Source: Gemmataceae bacterium (GTDB lineage: Bacteria > Planctomycetota > Planctomycetia > Gemmatales > Gemmataceae). From it: a DNA stretch of 64,000 bases. The stretch spans positions 24,755-88,754 of the forward strand of contig JANWVV010000013.1 in assembly GCA_025055795.1 (NCBI GenBank), in the 5' to 3' direction. The notes beneath the pieces are model-generated. The model saw nothing but the letters and a program-made list of their open reading frames with translations, did not search any database and was not told the origin of the DNA. Below, piece by piece: positions 10,802 to 21,020 of this stretch (the first letter of the stretch is position 1; each line of letters begins with the position of its first letter). Both the position numbers and the translations under genes were made by a program.

Positions 10802-11512
10802 TCAGTGAGCAGCTTCAGCGGCCAGGGAGCGCAGCCGTTCCACGAAGCGGGCCAATTCTTTTTCGAAACGGTCAGGAAAGCGTTCATCGGGCAGTCCGCT
10901 GCACCAGCCGCGGATACGCCCTTGGGCGTCGACCAGAACGAGACGGGTTGTATGCAAAAATTCGTCGCCGGGGGCCACGTGCGGTCCTTCGTTTCGTCCC
11001 ACAGCCTGCTTGAACTGCTCACGGATAATGCGATGGATAGTATCCTCGTCGCCGGTCAGGAACAACCAGCGTTGCGGGTCGGCTCCGCGGGCTTGGGCAT
11101 ACTCGTTGAGCGTGCGTAGATCATCCCGTCGTGGATCCACAGTAAAGGTCACGAACCGGACCTGTGGCAGATCCTGCAATTCGTGTTGCAGGCGTGCGAC
11201 GGTCGAAGCCACTGAAGGACACGGACCCGTACATCGTGTGAAAATGAAGGAGGCCACCCAGACATGGCCCCGCAAATCCTGATCGGTAACGGTCTTGCCA
11301 CTGCGCTCGATGAGGGCGAATGGCCCGACGGGCCACTGCGGGTCGGGCAACTCATCGGAGGAAAGTAACCGGCCACCCCCCGGAGAAACGTTACATCCGG
11401 TCAGACTGACCAGAACAACCCCCAGCAGAAACCCTATTCGGATCTGCCCGAAGGTTGGCCCACACCCCAAACGATAGCACCTTGCTAGCACGTTGTATAG
11501 CATGTCGAACAT
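10802..11512 (-). CDS. SCO1/SenC-family copper chaperone, lipoprotein
   Basis: FIFTRCTGPCP (CxxxC), TVDPRRD, FLHTTRLVLVD, lipobox LTGC. ATG 11512 follows GAGGAG. Confidence 0.9.
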   Translation of the reverse strand: MFDMLYNVLARCYRLGCGPTFGQIRIGFLLGVVLVSLTGCNVSPGGGRLLSSDELPDPQWPVGPFALIERSGKTVTDQDLRGHVWVASFIFTRCTGPCPSVASTVARLQHELQDLPQVRFVTFTVDPRRDDLRTLNEYAQARGADPQRWLFLTGDEDTIHRIIREQFKQAVGRNEGPHVAPGDEFLHTTRLVLVDAQGRIRGWCSGLPDERFPDRFEKELARFVERLRSLAAEAAH

Positions 11513-11656
11513 CGCTCCTCTGAACTTGTATTTCATATGTTTGTTGAATATTGAGCTAGCCAATCTGGTCTGAGCGACGGCCTATTCGGAATGCACGCCG
11601 CTAAGGTAAAGTGGCTAATCAATACCATGCAACGGTGTATGCAGAATCGCGGTAAA

Positions 11657-12604
11657 TTATAGCCAGCCCGCATCGAGAACCAGTAAGCCGTAGACCAACG
11701 GTACATACAGGAGCGAGCCACGGAGCAACCGCCGCGCGTTGTCGTCCGTCCGTTGACGGGCGAAACGCACCGCGGGAAGCAGAAACAGCACACCACTTGC
11801 CAAGGCACCAACAAGTGCTACTCGGCTGCCTAAAGACCAGGCGACGATAGCACCCACTGCTAGCAGTAGCACGCAGCAGAACACGGACACGGCCGCTGTT
11901 TTCCATCCGGTCGGGTCGTTGTTAGGCAGCATGCGGTAGCCCGCAGCGGCATATTCCCGGCGGTAGCGCCAGGCAATGGCCATGAAATGGGGAATTTGCC
12001 ACAGGAACAAAATAGAGAACAGGCCGATGGCTCCCCACGGGGCGTCGGTGCCGCGAGCCGCACACCAACCGATAACCGGCGGCAAGGCTCCTGGGATGGC
12101 ACCGACCACGGTGTTCCAGACCGTATGCCGTTTTAGAGGTGTGTAAACAAACACGTAAAGGAGGAAGGTAGCCGCGGCGGCCAGGCCAGCAGCGGGGGGC
12201 GTAGTCATTGTGAGCCAGGCTAAGCCGATGCCCAGTAAGCTGGCCCCGTAGGCGGCAGCCACTTCGCAGGAGACGCGACCGGCGGGCAAGGGGCGTTCCC
12301 GAGTCCGTGGCATGCGGGCGTCGTGGTGCCGTTCCCACAGTTGGTTGAATACTCCTCCGGCAGCGGCGACCAATCCCGCACCGATCAGCACATGCAGCAT
12401 CACGCTTAGCTGTATCTGACCGGTTCCAGCCCCCAAGACGTAACCGGCCCCAACGGTGAACAATGCCAAGGCGGTGATCCGGGGCTTGGTCAAGGTGAGC
12501 CAATCGGACCAGCGGCGTGTGCCAGCCAGCTCCGGCGATCGTGCCGTGGCTACCGGTACGATCATGGCCTCGGCTTCCAACGCCCAGCTTTGTTGTCGCA
12601 TCAT
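11657..12604 (-). CDS. ctaB: Protoheme IX farnesyltransferase (heme O synthase)
   Basis: LTKPRI, NQLWERHHDARMPRTRERPLPAGR, YTPLKR, GAIPGALPPVIGW, WQIPHF. Confidence 0.96.
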   Translation of the reverse strand: MMRQQSWALEAEAMIVPVATARSPELAGTRRWSDWLTLTKPRITALALFTVGAGYVLGAGTGQIQLSVMLHVLIGAGLVAAAGGVFNQLWERHHDARMPRTRERPLPAGRVSCEVAAAYGASLLGIGLAWLTMTTPPAAGLAAAATFLLYVFVYTPLKRHTVWNTVVGAIPGALPPVIGWCAARGTDAPWGAIGLFSILFLWQIPHFMAIAWRYRREYAAAGYRMLPNNDPTGWKTAAVSVFCCVLLLAVGAIVAWSLGSRVALVGALASGVLFLLPAVRFARQRTDDNARRLLRGSLLYVPLVYGLLVLDAGWL

Positions 12605-12606
12605 AC

Positions 12607-13854
12607 TCAGGCCCCGGGAGAGATCCAGGCACGCATCGGTTGCTTGTGCGTAGGATCGGTCACTAAACCCACTTGGAACCCTTCGCCATCAAAAGACACC
12701 ATGGTTACTACCTGATGTCGTCCGCGATCGACATAGCGCCACCAGAAGATCATCATAGCCAGGCTCAAGGCCCAAAGCAGGCTACCGGTCAGAGCGTGGG
12801 CGGTCCGCCACACCGCGCTAATGACCGTGGCCGGTGCCAGTTCGGGGGGTACCCCGGCTCCATAACGTACCAGCCAGGCTTCGATGCCCAAATAGACCTG
12901 GACCAGCAAGACCATGCCTATCCCCAGCAGGGGATACCGCACCTGCTCGAGCACACCCGGTGCCCGAACCATGGAGCCGGCCAGCCAAACCCAGCCCGCT
13001 ACGACCCCAAAGGCGGTCAGTACGTGCAACCGCTGAGCAATCGGGTCCACATAATGTCGCAGCCAGACCCCTAGGGCAATCTGAAGGAACACTGCAGCGG
13101 CAATCGCAACGGTCCAGTACCGGAAGCGACGGATGCTGCGACTGAGGGCCGTTCCTTCAGGGGCAGGCAGCGTCAGCATCGCGGTCGCTAGCAACAATCC
13201 TAGAACGCATTGAGCAAATGTTCCGTGGATGGCAGCCAGATCCGTTCCGGCCAAGGCATCCCAAAAGACCCGGAAGCCACCCAGCAGTCCCTGAATTTTC
13301 ACCGCAGCCAGGGCTAGGGTCCCCAAAAGGCGGACGCCAGCACCCGGAACGCCCCGCCACAAGTCCCAAACGGCTAGTATCAGAATTAACAGCCAGGCGG
13401 CCATCAGCATTTGCATGGTGCGGTAAGGCCATTGGACCGCGTCGGGGGGATGATGGCGTTGGGCCATTAGCGCGCCATGGAACTGACCATATGCAGCCAC
13501 TGTGGTCAGCAAAACGGCCAGACCGAACCAGCGACGGAGCCGTCCGGGATGGGTCCACCACAAGCCGAATGCCAGAATGACTGTCAGGCCACCCACCAGG
13601 AAACCGGCAATGCGGTGCGTATGCTCGATCAGGTAGCCGGGAGCAGGTTCCTGCCAATCGATGACTAACAGGTACCACGGTTCAGTTGGCCAGATGGGAT
13701 CAGCCATGCCCGCTTGAAAGCTGGTGACCAACTGGCCCAAGGCCAGTAGGACGAACACACTGATCAGGGTCATCCAGCTCCACACTCGCAGCCAGCGAGG
13801 TATTTGCAAAGCCGGTTGCGGCTCGGGGGCTTCAAGCGGACCTGCACTGGCCAT
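12607..13854 (-). CDS. ctaA: Heme A synthase COX15/CtaA family
   Basis: LGQLVTSFQAGMADPIWP, EHTHRIAG, QGLLGGFRV, AIHG, LHVL, TAHALTG. Start placed at MASAGP. Confidence 0.85.
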   Translation of the reverse strand: MASAGPLEAPEPQPALQIPRWLRVWSWMTLISVFVLLALGQLVTSFQAGMADPIWPTEPWYLLVIDWQEPAPGYLIEHTHRIAGFLVGGLTVILAFGLWWTHPGRLRRWFGLAVLLTTVAAYGQFHGALMAQRHHPPDAVQWPYRTMQMLMAAWLLILILAVWDLWRGVPGAGVRLLGTLALAAVKIQGLLGGFRVFWDALAGTDLAAIHGTFAQCVLGLLLATAMLTLPAPEGTALSRSIRRFRYWTVAIAAAVFLQIALGVWLRHYVDPIAQRLHVLTAFGVVAGWVWLAGSMVRAPGVLEQVRYPLLGIGMVLLVQVYLGIEAWLVRYGAGVPPELAPATVISAVWRTAHALTGSLLWALSLAMMIFWWRYVDRGRHQVVTMVSFDGEGFQVGLVTDPTHKQPMRAWISPGA

Positions 13855-13856
13855 CT

Positions 13857-15068
13857 CTAGGGTCCTCCACTGTCCGGGTAGACAGCCATACGCACTTCGG
13901 GGGGCAGTTCCCGCGGAAAAGGCAAGGATTGCACGAAGCGTACCAGGTCCCACACCTGTCGGTCGCTGTAGTCGGGATGGGCCGGCATCCCCACTGCGGG
14001 AATACCCCAGCGGATGCGGGCATACAACTGTTCGGCCCCGGGTTGACTCTTCAGCGGACTGTCGGTCAGGTTGGCTGGTCGTGCCGTGGTGCCCCATACC
14101 TCGTAGCGCAGTTGGGGTTGTCGACCGTAGTCACCGTGGCAACTGATGCATGAATTATCTCGCTTGGCGGTGAACAGTACCCAGCCTCGTTGCACAGCGG
14201 CCTGATGGGCGGGCGAGCCCGGGGGACCGTCGTCGGGAGACGGTGGTACGACGACGGCCTGCTCAGCCTGTTCCCACGCTGTCAGGACGGCCGTCAGGCG
14301 ACGAGCCATCCACTCCGCCACAGCCGACGCCTCTAAAGGCTCGACTCCTTGCCCGCATGGCTGCCCAGCCAGAGCGGCTAATGCTTCAAACTCTACTTGT
14401 CCCCGCACCGCCAGATAGGTGACATAACTAGCCAACAGGTCACGTTCCGCCTCTGCTAACAGGGCAAACGACGGCATGGCCGTGCCCTTCAGACCCAATT
14501 GCAGGGTACGGAGCAAGTCTTGACGTCGGGGCTTGACGCTGCCACTGGTCGTGAATTTGAACACACCTTGCCGGAAGTCGCGCGGATAGGGCGTGACCCA
14601 TTGTCCAGCCGGCCCCCGACCGTCACCCGTGACGTTGTGACACTGCAAGCAGCGATGCCGGCGATACAGCTGTCCGCCTTGGCTCAATCGTTCTTCGGTC
14701 AATCCGAGCAACTCTTTGGCAGGGCTGTCTGTGACGAGACGTGGCCGAGCAGGTGTCCCAAACAATTCCTTCAACGCTGCATCGACGGCCAGCCGTTGCT
14801 CCAGAGGAAGGTCCAGGGGCCGGACAAGCTGGCCGCCGCGACGCTGCAACAGGTTTAGCTCCGCTTCCCAATGCCCAGGTTGTGTCGCTTGTTCAGGCAC
14901 CTGGTCTGGCACCCGGAGTACCAACGCATCGACTCGTGAGGGAAAGGCATAGTCCAGCTCTTCCAGGTTCGAACGGCACCCCAACATGCCTGCTAGCAGC
15001 AAACCGACTGCTGTTCGGAGAAGACGCACTAAGCCCGGTGATTCCCCCATTCCTCCCTTATCAGCCAT
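13857..15068 (-). CDS. Diheme c-type cytochrome, predicted lipoprotein
   Basis: CLQCH and CISCH, PYPRDF..G.FKFTT, GTAMPSF, GMPAH, lipobox MLGC. Confidence 0.85.
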   Translation of the reverse strand: MADKGGMGESPGLVRLLRTAVGLLLAGMLGCRSNLEELDYAFPSRVDALVLRVPDQVPEQATQPGHWEAELNLLQRRGGQLVRPLDLPLEQRLAVDAALKELFGTPARPRLVTDSPAKELLGLTEERLSQGGQLYRRHRCLQCHNVTGDGRGPAGQWVTPYPRDFRQGVFKFTTSGSVKPRRQDLLRTLQLGLKGTAMPSFALLAEAERDLLASYVTYLAVRGQVEFEALAALAGQPCGQGVEPLEASAVAEWMARRLTAVLTAWEQAEQAVVVPPSPDDGPPGSPAHQAAVQRGWVLFTAKRDNSCISCHGDYGRQPQLRYEVWGTTARPANLTDSPLKSQPGAEQLYARIRWGIPAVGMPAHPDYSDRQVWDLVRFVQSLPFPRELPPEVRMAVYPDSGGP

Positions 15069-15284
15069 TCTTCCCAGGTGCCTCCAGGCCTAACGGGCGA
15101 TTCCGATTGGCGGTGTGCCATAATTCGTCGTTAAGAAGATGGCTATCCCTGCCGAGTTGTTGCTTATTGCAAGCCTGACCTTAGCCGACATGTCCGTTCA
15201 GCGCTTGGCCAAATCGCCTGCGGAATCATGTTCTCTGTCAGCAAGGGCTTTGTGCTCAATTCGGGGGTATGACTCCGTTTACTC

Positions 15285-15620
15285 CTACCAACCGACATGC
15301 CATGGGCGGGTCAGGTAATCAGCTAGTACCAGAATGAACAGGATTGCCATCCAGAACAAGGAGGACAACGCGGTCAGGATCACCACCCGGTCGCTTTGCC
15401 GTAAGTGCATGAAGTAGTAGGCTACCAGAGCGGCCTGCACGGTAGCGATTGCCAATTGTACCGGCAACGCGTATTTGCCCAATCCAAGGCTGGACAAGCC
15501 AATCGAGGCCAAGGCCAACACGATAATGACTGCCCAAACGCCTAGCAGAAGGCTGGGGCTATCCGTTTCCCGGTCAAATTCCAGCGCTCCCGGCTTCAGG
15601 TGATGCTCTTCGTGACCCAT
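15285..15620 (-). CDS. ctaF: Cytochrome c oxidase subunit IV (caa3-type CtaF-like)
   Basis: Three TM helices, IATVQAALVAYYFMHL, ADYLTR. Directly downstream of subunit III. Confidence 0.88.
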   Translation of the reverse strand: MGHEEHHLKPGALEFDRETDSPSLLLGVWAVIIVLALASIGLSSLGLGKYALPVQLAIATVQAALVAYYFMHLRQSDRVVILTALSSLFWMAILFILVLADYLTRPWHVGW

Positions 15621-15748
15621 AGTTTGGTGCCTCGCTTGTTTTTTTAATAATGAACAGTCTTAAACGTAGCGGTTCGGGCGTGATCCGCTGATTCAGTCGC
15701 ACTGAATGCAATGTGCGACAGTAATGACGATCCTTTCAGCCGGCCGGG

Positions 15749-16588
15749 CTAGTATGTCGCCACCCAACCCGCCCCAGCGAGGTACAGCAGGGGCATCAGG
15801 AACAGCCAGATGCCGTCTACCAAGTGCCAATACAGGCTGACGACTTCGACCGTGGAGTAGTTTTCGGGCGGGATGGCGTCCCGTGCAGCCTCGATAATCA
15901 GCCAAATCAAGCATCCCAATCCGGCCAGGATGTGGATGCCGTGGATGCCTGTCATGATGTAATAGAAGCTAAGGAACAGTTGCACTTTACCCGGATCGAT
16001 ATAATCGGGGTCAGCGGTGCTTTTGCGATAGTTGAGCAGGACTAGTTCGGCCGCCCAGTGCTGGTGCTTGGGATGTTCACTCTGAGCGTCCTTTTCGAAG
16101 TATAATTTGGCCTCTTCTCGACTCAGGGGTTTTTGTTGAGGATCAGTTGGGAAGATAGCCTCGAAAGCCGCGTTGTACTCACTGCGGAACAACGTGCCGG
16201 GCATGTAGCGTTCCTCGTAGTCCGCGGTGTACTCGAAGGCCTTGAGAACCATGAAGGCGGTGCCCAGCAGCAGGGTGAGAACCAGATAACGGATCAGCCC
16301 GCTGCGGTCTCCTAACTTCGCGGAACGGATGCCGAAGGTGATCGTCATGCTGCTAGTGATCAGAAATAACGTGTTGATCGTGGCGATCACCCGATTGAGC
16401 TTTGAGCTGGCAAACTCGAACTCGGTGGGATAGTACAGTCGATAAACGGTGTAGGCGCCAAACAGACCACTGAAAAAAAGCACCTCCGTCGCCAGGAACA
16501 TCCACATTCCTAGCCGCTCCGAAGCGTGCTGCTGGTCCAAGCGGTCAAAGTGGTGCTTCAAGACCGACGTATGCGTGCTGGCCGCCAA
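15749..16588 (-). CDS. ctaE: Cytochrome c oxidase subunit III
   Basis: GMWMFLATEVLFFSGLF, YYIMTGIHGIH, LYWHLVDGIWLFLMPLLY. TTG start with AGGAG. Confidence 0.95.
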   Translation of the reverse strand: MAASTHTSVLKHHFDRLDQQHASERLGMWMFLATEVLFFSGLFGAYTVYRLYYPTEFEFASSKLNRVIATINTLFLITSSMTITFGIRSAKLGDRSGLIRYLVLTLLLGTAFMVLKAFEYTADYEERYMPGTLFRSEYNAAFEAIFPTDPQQKPLSREEAKLYFEKDAQSEHPKHQHWAAELVLLNYRKSTADPDYIDPGKVQLFLSFYYIMTGIHGIHILAGLGCLIWLIIEAARDAIPPENYSTVEVVSLYWHLVDGIWLFLMPLLYLAGAGWVATY

Positions 16589-16950
16589 TGGTTCTCTCCT
16601 TACAGGTCGATCTTCTATCGTTCAATACCAAATGTTAATTAAGTCGCTTTTCTCACATGCTTACCAAGCCATCCGTCTTGGCTTGGTTTCATTGTCCCAT
16701 TAGTAAATTAGTGGCTCGAACCGGCGGGACGTATCTGGCCGCCGTGTGGGGTCTGGCCTGGTTTGGGTGTGTTGCAACTAACGGACGTAGGTAGCATTAT
16801 TGATGTATCCGGCTTAGCTGGCCATGTCACACCTCATCTGGCTTACATACCCCCTCAGTTGTTAGGCGAGGTTATCAGCAGAGCCATACGCTCGATTCCT
16901 TACCTGCCGTTTACCTGAGCAAACGTCAGCGGCTAGTAGGGTGGATCGAT

Positions 16951-18714
16951 TCAACCCACCACTTCCGTTTCCTTGGGTACGGGGCCTGCCGGGTAGGGAT
17001 GCCCCGCGTGCGATGCAGGGTCAATCGGGCCGCCTTCGCCGGGGCCTTCAGGCAGGGGGCGTCCCATCTGATCGACACCAATCGCATATTCGTAGGGACC
17101 GCACACCACAATTGGTGTTTCCTCGAAATTGTGGATCGAGGGCGGACTGGGAGTCTGCCACTCCAGACCCGTGGCGCTCCAAGGATTGCTGCTGGCCTTG
17201 GGACCATTGATCAGCGACAAGGTCAGGTAGATCGCTGGCATGAGGTAACCTAGGCCCAAAATCGAGCCACCGGCGGTCGACATCACGTTGAGAATCTGCA
17301 AATTGGCTGGGTAATTCGGATAGCGACGCGGCATACCATGGTAACCCATGATGAACTGTGGAATGAAGGTCAGGAAGAACCCGACAATGATGATCATGGC
17401 GGCCAGTCGGCTCCACCAGTCGGAGTACATGCGACCGAACATCTTCGGCCACCAGTAGTGCAGGGCGGCGAAGTAGGCCATTACCATGCCACCCACCATC
17501 ACGAAGTGGAAGTGAGCGACCACGAAGTAGGTATCGTGCAGGTGGATGTCCGTGCCTAAGGTGGCCAGATACAGACCCGTCAAACCACCAATGATGAACA
17601 GGAAGATGAACCCGAGCGCGAAGATCATTGGGGCTTGGAAGGTAATCGAACCGCGGTAGAGGGTAGCCGTCCAGTTGAATACCTTAATGGCCGACGGGAC
17701 CGCTACGAGCATGCTCAGAAAGCTGAACAGTATAGCGGCATAAAAGCTGATGCCAGCCACGAACATGTGGTGGGCCCACAGTAGGAAGCCCACTACCGCA
17801 ATCCCTACGCTCGACCAGGCTACAGCAGCGTATCCGAATATGTTCTTACGACTGAAGCAGGTAATCACTTCGCTGATCACACCCATGCCGGGCAGGATCA
17901 TGATGTAAACCGCCGGGTGAGAATAGAACCAGAACAGATGCTGGAATAACACGGGGTCGCCGCCAATGCTGGGGTCGAAGATCCCCACCCCCCACATACG
18001 CTCGACCATCAGCAGCACCAAGGTGATGCCTAGTACCGGCGTGGCCAGCAACTGGATCAAGCTGGTGGCATACAACGCCCATACGAAGAGGGGGAGACGG
18101 TTCCACGTCAGACCGGGTGCCCGCATCTTGTGAATCGTTACCATGATGTTCAGCCCGGTCATGATCGAGCTGAAACCAGCAATGAAAGCACCGAGAACTC
18201 CGGGAACAACGCTCGCCTGGCTAGCCCGGGTGCTGTACGGAGGGTAGAGGGTCCAGCCGGTGTCGATCCCCCCCACTAACACCGACCAGGCTGCACAAGC
18301 CGCACCAAGCATGAAGACATACCAACTAGCCAGATTCAACTTGGGAAAAGCCAAGTCTTTGGCTCCGATCATCATCGGGATAAAGAAGTTGCCAAAGACG
18401 GCCGGCACGGCCGGAATCAGAAAGAAAAATAGCATCAGTACGCCGTGGGCCGTGAACGCCCGGTTATACACGTCCTCAGTGACGATTGCACCGTTAGGAG
18501 CCAGCAGGTTCAAACGCACCACACCAGCGGCTATCCCACCGCCCACGAAAAACAGCGTGATCGAGATGAGATACAGAATGCCGATCCGCTTATGGTCAGT
18601 CGTGAACAACCATGACCAGATGCTGTAGTTATGGTTCAAATAGTTAGGCTCGGCCGGTGGCGGTTCAGGCGGCGGTGTCGTGCTTAAGCCCCAGCGTGTC
18701 AGAACAGCACTCAT
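16951..18714 (-). CDS. ctaD: Cytochrome c oxidase subunit I, A2 type
   Basis: [21 protein letters not shown] (YS motif of type A2), [25 protein letters not shown]. Confidence 0.98.
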   Translation of the reverse strand: MSAVLTRWGLSTTPPPEPPPAEPNYLNHNYSIWSWLFTTDHKRIGILYLISITLFFVGGGIAAGVVRLNLLAPNGAIVTEDVYNRAFTAHGVLMLFFFLIPAVPAVFGNFFIPMMIGAKDLAFPKLNLASWYVFMLGAACAAWSVLVGGIDTGWTLYPPYSTRASQASVVPGVLGAFIAGFSSIMTGLNIMVTIHKMRAPGLTWNRLPLFVWALYATSLIQLLATPVLGITLVLLMVERMWGVGIFDPSIGGDPVLFQHLFWFYSHPAVYIMILPGMGVISEVITCFSRKNIFGYAAVAWSSVGIAVVGFLLWAHHMFVAGISFYAAILFSFLSMLVAVPSAIKVFNWTATLYRGSITFQAPMIFALGFIFLFIIGGLTGLYLATLGTDIHLHDTYFVVAHFHFVMVGGMVMAYFAALHYWWPKMFGRMYSDWWSRLAAMIIIVGFFLTFIPQFIMGYHGMPRRYPNYPANLQILNVMSTAGGSILGLGYLMPAIYLTLSLINGPKASSNPWSATGLEWQTPSPPSIHNFEETPIVVCGPYEYAIGVDQMGRPLPEGPGEGGPIDPASHAGHPYPAGPVPKETEVVG

Positions 18715-18919
18715 GGCAAATCCCTCTTAGCAATCGTATTTGCTGTTCCTTCCTCAGTTGCGGCGGAACAGAAATTCTCGATCGTTTTTACATCTTCCCG
18801 ATATTCGCTCATTGGTGGATCACATCAGTCGATTCATGCGGGTTAGCTGAGCAGGTTAGCCCGGATGAATCCGCGGTTCTGGGCGATGCCACCGGTAAAG
18901 CCGGGGTAACGGCATCCCC

Positions 18920-20014
18920 TTAGTTTTTGCCCTTAACCGGTGAAATCGGTTCCGGACGCTCCGTGGGTGCACCTACAGGTACGGGGAAGTCCTCTGTGCG
19001 ATCCAAGGTCGTCCCCCGCTTCAAACTGCGGATGTACTGTACCAAAGCAGCCAGATCTTCGGCTGTTACTTGGCCTTCGTAGGAAGGCATGATCGGTTCC
19101 CAGCCTTCGACCACCTTAGCTCGCGGCTTGAGGATCGATTCGATAATGTATTGCTCGTCTGCTATCTCGGTGCGATTTCCTTTCAAGTGAACCTTGCTAC
19201 CGTACAGACCTTCCAGCACAGGTGCGCGGGCGCTGGGCTTGGCGGTGTGGCAAGTGCTGCACTGCAACTTCATGAATAGTTGTCGGCCCTGGAACGCCAG
19301 TGAGCCATCGACGGGGTTTTCGCTCCCTTGGGAGCTGCGAGCACCGAGCAGGAATTCCTCGAATTCCTCCGGGGTGACCACATGCACCTTGCCGACCATC
19401 AGCGAGTGCCAGGTGCCACAGTACTGATCACAGAAAACATGGTATTCACCCAGTTTGGTCGCTTCGAACCACGAGGTGGTATAGCGGCCGGGCAAAACGT
19501 CCATTTTGCTACGGAATGCGGGAATACCAAAGTTATGAATGACGTCCTCGGAAGTCAGAGTGAGCTTGACAGGTCGGCCTAGCGGTACGACCAGTTTACC
19601 GATACTGGCCCGTTCTGCTTCGGTCATGTTGGCCGGGTTGCCCCCAATGATCACCCGCTGACCACTCGGGTACTGGGCCTTCCACATCCATTGCTTGCCG
19701 ATAACGAAGATTTCCAAAGCGTCTTCCGGTGGATGGAAGGCGTAGTTATAGACAGCTACTCCCCAACCATAGAAGGTAAAAAACACGATGGTAGGAATGA
19801 TGGTCCAAGCAATTTCGAGGCGGTGCGAGCCCAGAATGCGGGGTGTGGTGCCCGGAGACCGCGACCTTCGGTAACGAATGCAGCAATAAATGATAAAAAT
19901 GTAAATCAACAGGCCTACGGTGGCCGTAGTCAAGGTAATGTACCAGAATAGAGCCTCGAAGCGATCGGCCAAAATCGAGGCACGTTCAGGGATGAAGGAC
20001 GGTAGGAAGCTCAC
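18920..20014 (-). CDS. ctaC: Cytochrome c oxidase subunit II with fused C-terminal cytochrome c (caa3)
   Basis: KQWMW, DVIHNF, CuA motif CDQYCGTWHSLM, heme motif CSTCH, IMPSY. GTG start overlaps the upstream stop (GTGA) and has GGAGG. Confidence 0.96.
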   Translation of the reverse strand: MSFLPSFIPERASILADRFEALFWYITLTTATVGLLIYIFIIYCCIRYRRSRSPGTTPRILGSHRLEIAWTIIPTIVFFTFYGWGVAVYNYAFHPPEDALEIFVIGKQWMWKAQYPSGQRVIIGGNPANMTEAERASIGKLVVPLGRPVKLTLTSEDVIHNFGIPAFRSKMDVLPGRYTTSWFEATKLGEYHVFCDQYCGTWHSLMVGKVHVVTPEEFEEFLLGARSSQGSENPVDGSLAFQGRQLFMKLQCSTCHTAKPSARAPVLEGLYGSKVHLKGNRTEIADEQYIIESILKPRAKVVEGWEPIMPSYEGQVTAEDLAALVQYIRSLKRGTTLDRTEDFPVPVGAPTERPEPISPVKGKN

Positions 20015-20967
20015 GTGGCACCTCCTGACGGCCGGGCGTCCGGGGAAGCTGGGGGCACAGGGACTGAGCCAGACAACGGCGAGGGCAGACTTGTGGCCAG
20101 GGATACGCCCAGGTTCCTGGATCGTCGATGCTCTTGCCACAAGGCTGCGCCCACACCGACAATCAGTAGTCCCAGGGTCAACAGCCCCCCGAATTGCACC
20201 ACCCGCAATACATTCAGCGAGTACCCTTTATTCAAGTGGTCAAACCGGTAACACAGCAGGATCAACCGATCCAGGACAGATCCGCCTTTGCCTTCAGCCG
20301 CTTCCAGTATCGACAATCGCAACGTCGTGGTGGGGACGCGTCGCGTACCATCAGGCATCTCAATCATGTCGCCCTGAACCGGAATCTCCCCGTCATATTT
20401 GAAACCGTAAAAGTAACGGGTTGTCACACCCTGTGGTGATAGCAAAATGATGGCACTGGGGTGGTTGTATTCCTTGTAAGCCTTATCGAACTCGAAGCGG
20501 TAGCCGATAGCCGAAAGGGTCTGGGCGATGGCCTCCTTGCTACCTGTCAGGAAGCGCCAGCCGTGCTCGGCTCCCGCACGACCGTATTCTTGCAAAGTGA
20601 CTTCTTTTTTGGCCCGCGCCAGATCTCCATGCTCGCGGTGATCAAAGCTGAGGCAGACCACGTGGAACTGGCGGCCGACGGAAAAGTTCTGCGGCATCTC
20701 TCGCAGCGTTTCCACCAGTCCACGCAAAATCAAATTGCAGTTCATCGGACAGCGATAGTACATCGGCACCAGAATGGTTGGCTTTCCGCCCATGCACTCC
20801 CGCAGGGTCGTCGCTTGATCATTCTCGTCTCGTAGGGGCAGATCGATCGGAACCTGAGCGCCGATCTGTTCGTCAATACCTGCTTCTACACGCGGCTGCG
20901 CCAGGGCGACGGCTAGCAGAGCTGCCACCATGAGAATAACTAACAATCCAAAGAAGCCGCGGAGCAT
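20011..20967 (-). CDS. SCO/SenC-family protein with C-terminal TM anchor
   Basis: YYRCPMNCN (CxxxC), YNHPSAIILLSPQG, RLILLCYRFD. Sits immediately upstream of ctaC. Confidence 0.88.
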   Translation of the reverse strand: MLRGFFGLLVILMVAALLAVALAQPRVEAGIDEQIGAQVPIDLPLRDENDQATTLRECMGGKPTILVPMYYRCPMNCNLILRGLVETLREMPQNFSVGRQFHVVCLSFDHREHGDLARAKKEVTLQEYGRAGAEHGWRFLTGSKEAIAQTLSAIGYRFEFDKAYKEYNHPSAIILLSPQGVTTRYFYGFKYDGEIPVQGDMIEMPDGTRRVPTTTLRLSILEAAEGKGGSVLDRLILLCYRFDHLNKGYSLNVLRVVQFGGLLTLGLLIVGVGAALWQEHRRSRNLGVSLATSLPSPLSGSVPVPPASPDARPSGGAT

Positions 20968-21020
20968 GGAGGTTTCCTCACTGTCATCATGGGCAAAGTG
21001 CTATGTTGCCTCCGCTGATG

